IMG/VR virus record: IMGVR_UViG_3300049491_001102
Coordinates: 47,464-111,463 of that record
Direction: 5' to 3' (one strand)
Source of the DNA: a virus
DNA length: 64,000 nucleotides
In this document: positions 58,057 to 64,000 of the stretch, piece by piece
Layout of the letters: each line of letters starts with the position of its first letter
Position numbering within the stretch: position 1 is the first letter of the stretch
Notes under the pieces: generated by a model
What the model was told of the DNA's origin: nothing
Seen by the model: the letters and a program-made list of their open reading frames with translations, nothing else
The model's database searches: none
Position numbers and translations under genes: made by a program

Positions 58057-58360
58057 AATCCTCGACCTTCGTACACACGCCATAGATGTGCTCCAATGGA
58101 CACCACCCGTTGGCACGTCCGCGTGCGTTCTTAATGAGGTACTTACCGTCTTTAACCTCAGCAACGTAATGCAGGTACTCATTCCCAGCGACGAGGCACA
58201 ACACAACGTCGCCGACCTGCACCCGCGGCGTAAAACTCGTCGGCTGGATTGTGCACAGTTGGCCTGACCGGATCTCCGGCTCCATGGACCGACCCTGAGG
58301 TCGGCATTTCACCGTCCGCCCTTTCTTGAGAAGCTCGATTAGTGGTGTGGCCCATCCCAT
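58055..58360 (-). CDS. Stand-alone S24/S26-family peptidase
   Basis: GRSMEP (catalytic Ser)...VGDVVL...YLH; no HTH or TM segment. Confidence 0.8.
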   Translation of the reverse strand: MGWATPLIELLKKGRTVKCRPQGRSMEPEIRSGQLCTIQPTSFTPRVQVGDVVLCLVAGNEYLHYVAEVKDGKYLIKNARGRANGWCPLEHIYGVCTKVED

Positions 58361-58376
58361 TGTTTGCTCTCCGTAG

Positions 58377-58401
58377 TTAATAGCTTGAGCACGAAAAAGT
58401 T
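58377..58401 (-). promoter_or_regulatory. Phage promoter motif copy 4
   Basis: AACTTT-TTCGTGCTCAA-GCTATTAA. Confidence 0.65.
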
Positions 58402-58422
58402 CACCGCAAGATGTTGGAGAAG

Positions 58423-58484
58423 TTTTTCACGCTGTGTACACAAAGCGCGCAAATTAGTGCGCGCAAAAGATTACACGTGAAAAA
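58423..58484. promoter_or_regulatory. Nested inverted repeat in the divergent intergenic region
   Basis: TTTTTCACG...GCGCGCA-AATTAG-TGCGCGC...CGTGAAAAA. Confidence 0.6.
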
Positions 58485-58510
58485 GTTTCCACAATGTGTA
58501 CAACAAGGTT

Positions 58511-59158
58511 ATGGCCGCCACTACAAATAACCGTGCCGTCTGGCCGTTCTCGGAAAACTTCCCAAACTGGTACCTATCCCGGAAAGGTTATCGGCGATGT
58601 GACCCCACCAGTATTCGCAACATTTTGCAGAGTCGCCGACCATACCATCCCGTAGACCTGAAAGAGTTAATGCGTATTCTACAGATAGAATTTCACGCGT
58701 TCTTACCGGGAACACGTGGTGGAACCTTTTCTTACTGCCAAGGTGTCCGCATTGACAGCAAAGCGAACAAAGTCAAGTTGTCCTACAATTTCGCCGAAAC
58801 TGAAGATGTATCCCGCTTTGTCGTAGCTCATGGGTTGGCGCACGTGGTCGCCCACGGGCGACAGCCTGACATTCCTGTACTAAAAGATTGCCACCACATT
58901 AACTGCTATCTCCGGTGCGACCACACGGAGTTGCACGTCAGCGCGAACTGGTTTGCACGCGAGCTTCTAATCCCGAGCGATGAAGTCGTGGACATAGCTA
59001 AGCACCATGCCGAACTTCCAGGGTTTAAGTACAGCCAAGAAAGTAAACATGGTGTGTACGGGTTGGTCTCAACTTTAGTGCCAAAGATAGCCAAAATGTA
59101 CAATGTACCAACAGGGTGCGCACAAGCGGCTCTAGACCACAACATGGACAAACTATGA
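58511..59158 (+). CDS. ImmA/IrrE (Peptidase M78)-like protein, catalytic Glu replaced
   Basis: PVDL...RFVVAHGLAH...ANWFARELLIP...IAKMYNV. Confidence 0.8.
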   Translation: MAATTNNRAVWPFSENFPNWYLSRKGYRRCDPTSIRNILQSRRPYHPVDLKELMRILQIEFHAFLPGTRGGTFSYCQGVRIDSKANKVKLSYNFAETEDVSRFVVAHGLAHVVAHGRQPDIPVLKDCHHINCYLRCDHTELHVSANWFARELLIPSDEVVDIAKHHAELPGFKYSQESKHGVYGLVSTLVPKIAKMYNVPTGCAQAALDHNMDKL

Positions 59159-59718
59159 GTCATAACAGTGGACCTGCCCCAAAGTGGTTCGAACTCCGAG
59201 CGCAGACTGACCCCTGCACACCACAGGATGTCCTCACATTGTGCACTCGTGACCCGGGGTCCCCAGTTCCCATCGCTGAGCTAGCAGACACCCTAAATAT
59301 CGCCGTCTACGCAACCGCGATCCGGTACCCAAGCGACATCAAGTGCATCCACTCCATTTTCGGGGTCCTGGAAGGAACCCATTACGCCGGCGTCTGCCAC
59401 CTCACCAACCACGATGCGGTCACAACCCGGCGCCACATCGCCCACGGGATTGGCCACATCTTCCGTGGGACTACGGGCATTCCCCACCTCGTACGCTGTG
59501 AGGGCGACGCCGAAACATCGCCTGCCCACCAGTTCGCACTGGGGCTGCTGATGCCCGAAGACGAGGTTCGCCAAATCATCCACATCGGCATCGAAACACA
59601 GGTCGGGGGTGCGCGCATCATCACGGAGGTGGCTCGCCGCTACGAAGTCCCACACCGGGATGCCCAACTCCATGTCTTCAACCTACTGACCCGCTGGTTT
59701 TCCGATGCCAAAGTGTAA
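59155..59718 (+). CDS. Second ImmA/IrrE-like protein, catalytic Glu replaced
   Basis: PVPIAELADTLNI...IAHGIGH...AHQFALGLLMP...VARRYEV; ATGA overlap. Confidence 0.78.
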   Translation: MSHNSGPAPKWFELRAQTDPCTPQDVLTLCTRDPGSPVPIAELADTLNIAVYATAIRYPSDIKCIHSIFGVLEGTHYAGVCHLTNHDAVTTRRHIAHGIGHIFRGTTGIPHLVRCEGDAETSPAHQFALGLLMPEDEVRQIIHIGIETQVGGARIITEVARRYEVPHRDAQLHVFNLLTRWFSDAKV

Positions 59719-60025
59719 ACCATGTATGTACGTCGTGTGCTGTGACACGGTTGGACAAATCGGTGTTCTTAGACCGTGGGGAGAATTTTCGCAGATTAAA
59801 AAGCACAAGATACGACTGTTCCGAAAACAGGAAGCAGTGGCAGAAGCAGTGAGACAGTCTATGGGTGTACTGGCGGCGTTTCAACCATTCTATGTTCGCC
59901 GTGTGCGACGTTCCGAGCGAAAACAGCATAAACAGGCATTAGACGGACGTATGCCATTTTCAAACTTTACACCTGCGCTACAATCCGACGTAGTAATAAG
60001 AGTTATTCACATACGTGAAGATTGA
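59705..60025 (+). CDS. Array paralogue 1
   Basis: YVVC...L...GEF...LFRKQEAVAEAVR...FYVR. Confidence 0.7.
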   Translation: MPKCKPCMYVVCCDTVGQIGVLRPWGEFSQIKKHKIRLFRKQEAVAEAVRQSMGVLAAFQPFYVRRVRRSERKQHKQALDGRMPFSNFTPALQSDVVIRVIHIRED

Positions 60026-60028
60026 AAC

Positions 60029-60451
60029 ATGTCCAAACGTAAACAGCCACTATACGTTGTCTGCTTTGAGTTGGCAGACGGAACCATCTCTACTCTTAAA
60101 ACACACGGAGGATTTGCTATTAGCAATGTTTACCCAGAATTGTTCCTACACAAAGAGGAAGCCGAAGCAGAAACTGTTCGATTCGCACTCGTGAACGCGG
60201 GTAAGGGTAAGTTCTATACACGTCGCACGCACAAACGTGGGGACCAAACACCACGCAAACCTATTCCTGCACTTGAATCGCAAGGATCTGGCATCAAATG
60301 TGCGCGTATAGATCTGCTCATAATGGACGATAAAATCGACAACAAACTGCCGAGGGCCTTAGCTAAGCATATAAACATGATGTCTGTGTACGCGGTAAAA
60401 CCTGGAGATATCATAAAAATTCTTCCTAAAACCATTGTCCATGAAGACTAG
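60029..60451 (+). CDS. Array paralogue 2
   Basis: YVVC...GGF...LFLHKEEAEAETVR...FYTR. Confidence 0.75.
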   Translation: MSKRKQPLYVVCFELADGTISTLKTHGGFAISNVYPELFLHKEEAEAETVRFALVNAGKGKFYTRRTHKRGDQTPRKPIPALESQGSGIKCARIDLLIMDDKIDNKLPRALAKHINMMSVYAVKPGDIIKILPKTIVHED

Positions 60452-60671
60452 GAGAAATCCTCTTTTTACCGTTAACTGCACGTGGAGAAACCAAGACTAC
60501 GTTCTCCACATTAACGGACACTTTACACAATTTGGCAGTGGCCAACTATTTCATACGCGTGAAGAGGCGACAGCACGACTTGTTGCTGTCGCGCTAACCA
60601 GGGATTCCAACGAAGGTGAACTCTACGTAAAAGAGGTCACAAAGCCAAAGAGACGAAATGACAGACCCTAA
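60441..60671 (+). CDS. Array paralogue 3
   Basis: FTV...VLHINGHF...LFHTREEATARLV...LYVK. Confidence 0.75.
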   Translation: MKTRRNPLFTVNCTWRNQDYVLHINGHFTQFGSGQLFHTREEATARLVAVALTRDSNEGELYVKEVTKPKRRNDRP

Positions 60672-60918
60672 CGGATCAGGAAGCTTCTATGCCATATATC
60701 TCATATGGCAAGATACAGCGCTTGTACTGTGCAAAGACGGAAAATGGATGCCGGAAACTTTTGATAAAAGACTGTTCTACAACCGTGAAGAAGCGGTTGC
60801 AGAAACCGTCCGCCAAACGATGGCATCTGATATGACAAACAAAAAGTTCATCATTCGTAAAGTTGCCAGTGCCGAGCTACCAGTTGGTATTAATCCTGCA
60901 CTATGGAAGCAAACGTAA
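60658..60918 (+). CDS. Array paralogue 4
   Basis: YAI...VLCKDGKW...LFYNREEAVAETVR...FIIR. Confidence 0.75.
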   Translation: MTDPNGSGSFYAIYLIWQDTALVLCKDGKWMPETFDKRLFYNREEAVAETVRQTMASDMTNKKFIIRKVASAELPVGINPALWKQT

Positions 60919-61130
60919 AATATGTCATTTGTTACGAAATTGACAGTATGGAGCACGTACTAAGCTCTACCGGACGATTTGTCATCGCCAGTCCATATAT
61001 ACTGATTTTTAACAATGAAGATAGCGCACAAACTGAACTCATCCGAATAGTACTAGCGACCGGCACAACAGAAGGGTGTCAGTTCTACGTGCGCAAAGCT
61101 ACAGAGGATGAAATTCATGGTCGGTGCTAA
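60903..61130 (+). CDS. Array paralogue 5
   Basis: YVIC...VLSSTGRF...IFNNEDSAQTELIR...FYVR. Confidence 0.75.
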   Translation: MEANVKYVICYEIDSMEHVLSSTGRFVIASPYILIFNNEDSAQTELIRIVLATGTTEGCQFYVRKATEDEIHGRC

Positions 61131-61504
61131 GCCAAAAGACCGTAACAGACTGGGTGACCGCCCGCGCTGAGAACTCTCCCCCAAAAATCACAACCATGAC
61201 CGGCATCCATCCAGACACAGAGTTCTACGTCGTTCGCTACATCGTCAGCACGGACAAATACCCTGGCAATCCCTTTGAGCTCTGCCAAAACGGGGAGTTC
61301 TACAGCGTAACCGAAGCCATTCGACCCATGGACGCCTCCGGTCGATTCGTTCAGATCTTCGACACTGAAGAAGAGGCCCTTGCGGTCATTGTTCGCTTTG
61401 TGCTCACCAACCCACCAGTTCCCGGCAAGAAGTTCTTCACCCACAAAGTCCGCTGGGGTGACATCACTGGTGAGCCTACAACCCCGCGCTTCCCTTTCGG
61501 CTAG
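61124..61504 (+). CDS. Array paralogue 6
   Basis: FYVVR...ELCQNGEF...IFDTEEEALAVIVR...FFTH. Confidence 0.75.
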   Translation: MLSQKTVTDWVTARAENSPPKITTMTGIHPDTEFYVVRYIVSTDKYPGNPFELCQNGEFYSVTEAIRPMDASGRFVQIFDTEEEALAVIVRFVLTNPPVPGKKFFTHKVRWGDITGEPTTPRFPFG

Positions 61505-61571
61505 ATAACTAAAAATAGATGACCCAAACGATACGTTGATTCCGTTCCCGTTGACGAATTGTGGAATCCAA

Positions 61572-61925
61572 ATGGCGAGTCTTAAATCAGAACGAGAACT
61601 CTTCGTCGTGCGAGGCCGAATAGCCGCCAATACCGTGGTACTGCACAACGATGGGAAATTTTATCGACCTAGCCCGCGCGCTCGAATTTTCTTTACGCTA
61701 GAAGATGCAACTGCTGAACTTGTTCGGGAAGCATTAACTAACACATGCGGTCTGTACGAGGATCTACAGGTCTACCAAACAACCGTAGTGGAAATCTCAA
61801 GTTGGGCACAATCCCCACACGAGTCCACTACCATCGAGTACATAGAAGGTGGACCGATAAAGCCGCGCAAAATCGACATCGATATGGAACAGTGGGATCC
61901 ACTTAGGTGCCCTGTATATGAATGA
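61572..61925 (+). CDS. Array paralogue 7
   Basis: FVVR...VLHNDGKF...IFFTLEDATAELVR. Confidence 0.75.
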   Translation: MASLKSERELFVVRGRIAANTVVLHNDGKFYRPSPRARIFFTLEDATAELVREALTNTCGLYEDLQVYQTTVVEISSWAQSPHESTTIEYIEGGPIKPRKIDIDMEQWDPLRCPVYE

Positions 61926-62175
61926 ACAGATCTTTGTTGTCTGCTGCGTTAATGAACAACTCGTACTTGAACTGGCGACCAACGGACACTTTTACGAGCC
62001 AAGTCAACACGCCAGACGGTTCCGTACCCACGAGGAGGCAACGGCAGAACTTGTCCGGCAAGTCCTTAGATGCGAACCGATCGGGTTCAAGTTTTTCGTG
62101 CAAATGCTAACCCTGCAAGAAATCCTTGGTCGTATCACGGCGACGAACCATCCCCCCAATAACGTCTGCCAATGA
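61918..62175 (+). CDS. Array paralogue 8
   Basis: FVVC...ELATNGHF...FRTHEEATAELVR...FFVQ. Confidence 0.75.
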   Translation: MNEQIFVVCCVNEQLVLELATNGHFYEPSQHARRFRTHEEATAELVRQVLRCEPIGFKFFVQMLTLQEILGRITATNHPPNNVCQ

Positions 62176-62453
62176 CGACACCAACCACAACTCCTAAGTT
62201 CTTCGTGGTGCGCTACAACATTCGCCGCGTTTATTTTGAGCTCGCCGTCGACGATACATTCCGCGCTCCGGGTAAAAACTCAAGACGCTTTGATACTGAA
62301 GAAGAGGCCACGGCAGCACTTGTTCGTCATGCACTCGCAAACCCTAATGTGACTGACAAGAAGTATTACGTGCACCAACCAGGACACCCCGAATACATCC
62401 GCGTCTACGACCCATGGTTTCCAACCGCAACCAAATCACCAAATAACCCATGA
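62172..62453 (+). CDS. Array paralogue 9
   Basis: FVVR...ELAVDDTF...FDTEEEATAALVR...YYVH. Confidence 0.75.
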   Translation: MTTPTTTPKFFVVRYNIRRVYFELAVDDTFRAPGKNSRRFDTEEEATAALVRHALANPNVTDKKYYVHQPGHPEYIRVYDPWFPTATKSPNNP

Positions 62454-62716
62454 CCTACCACTCCACGGTGACAAAGCGCTTGATCGTGTGCGCGACCGTA
62501 TCTCGCAAAACGTACATTCTCGACAAAGACGGACAGTTCGGCCCAACAAGTGCATCCGCCAAGATTTTCCTGGATGAAGAAGAAGCAAAGGCAGAACTCG
62601 TCCGCCAGTCCCTCATCACCTGGACACCACACGCCCAATTCTATCTCCGAACCATCGATATAAACGCGCACTTCTTTCTTCTCGCGCAGGCAAAAGATGA
62701 CGACCCCAAACCCTGA
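62450..62716 (+). CDS. Array paralogue 10
   Basis: LIVC...ILDKDGQF...IFLDEEEAKAELVR...FYLR. Confidence 0.75.
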   Translation: MTYHSTVTKRLIVCATVSRKTYILDKDGQFGPTSASAKIFLDEEEAKAELVRQSLITWTPHAQFYLRTIDINAHFFLLAQAKDDDPKP

Positions 62717-62954
62717 CGATCGCATCTTTGTTCTACACGTCGAGTGGCAGGGCAATGTCCTAAAGGACGATACGTCCACCCCGGTATTCGAAACGGAAGA
62801 CGAAGCGATGGCCGAACTCGTGAGGCTATCCCTCCATTGGAACACACCAGACATTAAGTTCTCGCTGCACACCATCCGCCGCGAAGACTATTGCCCAAAA
62901 ACTATTGAGCAAATCCTTTGCCCACCCGGGATGACCACCGATGACGACACGTGA
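62697..62954 (+). CDS. Array paralogue 11
   Basis: FVLH...VFETEDEAMAELVR...TPDIKF. Confidence 0.75.
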   Translation: MTTPNPDDRIFVLHVEWQGNVLKDDTSTPVFETEDEAMAELVRLSLHWNTPDIKFSLHTIRREDYCPKTIEQILCPPGMTTDDDT

Positions 62955-63165
62955 CCTGGATGAGCGTGCGTTCGTGATTCGGATGGACGTGCGTGGCGAA
63001 ATCCTTGAACTCGATGACGAAAACGAGTTCTTCGAGCCAAGTCCGTTCGCGCAGCTTTTTGATACCGAAGATGAAGCAACCGCAGAAGTTGTTCGCCTCA
63101 TCCTCGACTGGGCAACCCCAGATATTCGGATTTACGTGCACCCCGTCCGCCTCAAAGACTACTAA
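62941..63165 (+). CDS. Array paralogue 12
   Basis: AFVIRM...LFDTEDEATAEVVR...TPDIRIYVHPV. Confidence 0.75.
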   Translation: MTTRDLDERAFVIRMDVRGEILELDDENEFFEPSPFAQLFDTEDEATAEVVRLILDWATPDIRIYVHPVRLKDY

Positions 63166-63198
63166 CCGTGCAACGCTTTCTTTTCGAACCAACAAAAG

Positions 63199-63444
63199 AT
63201 GACAGCCCAAAACCATAACGAGCAGGCATTCGTGATCTGCATGGAAATACGCGATATTATATACATGTTTAATACGGATGACTATTACTCCTTTCCTGGA
63301 CCTACTACACGTATTTTCAGCACTGAAGATGAAGCAACCGCGGAAACCGTCCGCTTACTATTTCAGTGCACAACCCCAAACACCAAGATTTACGTGCACC
63401 CGGTTTCTCGCAGTCAATATTTGCACTGGGGCGTCACCCAGTGA
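63199..63444 (+). CDS. Array paralogue 13
   Basis: AFVICM...IFSTEDEATAETVR...TPNTKIYVHPV. Confidence 0.75.
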   Translation: MTAQNHNEQAFVICMEIRDIIYMFNTDDYYSFPGPTTRIFSTEDEATAETVRLLFQCTTPNTKIYVHPVSRSQYLHWGVTQ

Positions 63445-64000
63445 ACGTTCCCCGGCTCCCACGGCGCGGCCGAATCTAATCTTCGTAGTCTTGCGCGCTT
63501 GTCGCTTTTGCGCCCCAAGCAGTGCAAGAAATCCCGGAAATCTTCCCAGCTCTCGTCGACCCGCAAGTGCACCGGCCATTCCCATATTGGGGGGATCGTG
63601 CACCCCGGGCCAAACCACTCGCGAACCCCCGCGTTCGCCCGCGCCCACATATTCTTCCACGCCCGATACTCGCTCGACCCCCCGTCGCTCCCAACATGCT
63701 CCCCATGCTTGGTGAGCCACACCTTCGGCACCAACGCCGCCGCCCGATAGCGTAACCGACACCCACAACACGTCCTCGCCCCACTCAACAGGTGGTCCCT
63801 CCGGGCGAATGTCTCCTGCCCGCAGTCGCAGATGCATCGCCAAACTCGGCTTCGCCGAACGACGGCGGCTGTCGCCGCGAAGGCGGTCAAGTAGCCGAAC
63901 TGCTCGCCGGTGATGTCGCGATTGCGCAGGTGGTACGGGAGCGGGAGTCGTGGCGGTGGCTTTGGCTTGGCAGGGGTGGTGGCTGTTGTTGGTAATGAGG
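63414..64000 (-). CDS. Degenerate HNH-endonuclease-like protein, 5' end beyond window
   Basis: Frame open to the window edge (RDITGEQFGYLTA...CICDCG...CCGC...EYRAW...PGNVHWVT); homologous to 41681..42298 but lacks RC.NP/YGGRGI. Confidence 0.7.
   Translation of the reverse strand, partial: SLPTTATTPAKPKPPPRLPLPYHLRNRDITGEQFGYLTAFAATAAVVRRSRVWRCICDCGQETFARRDHLLSGARTCCGCRLRYRAAALVPKVWLTKHGEHVGSDGGSSEYRAWKNMWARANAGVREWFGPGCTIPPIWEWPVHLRVDESWEDFRDFLHCLGRKSDKRARLRRLDSAAPWEPGNVHWVTPQCKY

Noticed and set aside
59705-63444. CRISPR array, integron cassette array or DGR as explanation for the repeats
   Set aside because: The similarity is at protein level, ORFs overlap with no room for attC sites or direct repeats, and no reverse transcriptase, integrase or adenine-specific template/variable pair was seen.

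Overview
This window is part of a large tailed dsDNA phage or prophage genome with a contractile tail. No host genes, integrase, CRISPR array or reverse transcriptase were recognised. Positions 1-45 kb hold a nearly complete morphogenesis region on the minus strand: large terminase with a class-3-type intein, HNH endonuclease, ParB-like protein, HTH-MazG-like protein, portal, gpF-like protein, XkdF-like protease with His-rich repeats, major capsid protein, neck proteins, sheath, tube, a chaperone with a candidate -1 frameshift, tape measure, baseplate, a 1577-aa beta-helix tail fibre and further baseplate/fibre proteins. From memory, several N-termini resemble myxobacterial prophage proteins; this is unverified. 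Positions 45-58 kb hold accessory genes: thyX, an acidic low-complexity protein, a catalytically degenerate Mod-like methyltransferase, a SLOG/DUF2493 protein, an HD-like/M23 fusion, a tRNA-like element, an amber-interrupted gene and two peptidases. The most striking locus is 58.5-63.4 kb on the plus strand. Behind a divergent palindromic control region lie two ImmA/IrrE-like proteins whose HExxH catalytic Glu is replaced by Gly, followed by a closely packed tandem array of 13 diverged paralogues of one small domain (FxTEEEAxAELVR). Other notable signals are a nested 'Russian-doll' domain shared by the sheath and two baseplate-region proteins, a repeated AACTTT-N11-RCTATWAW promoter motif, apparently leaderless genes, and block-wise GC shifts inside genes. 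All family assignments come from motif recognition by eye, not from database searches.
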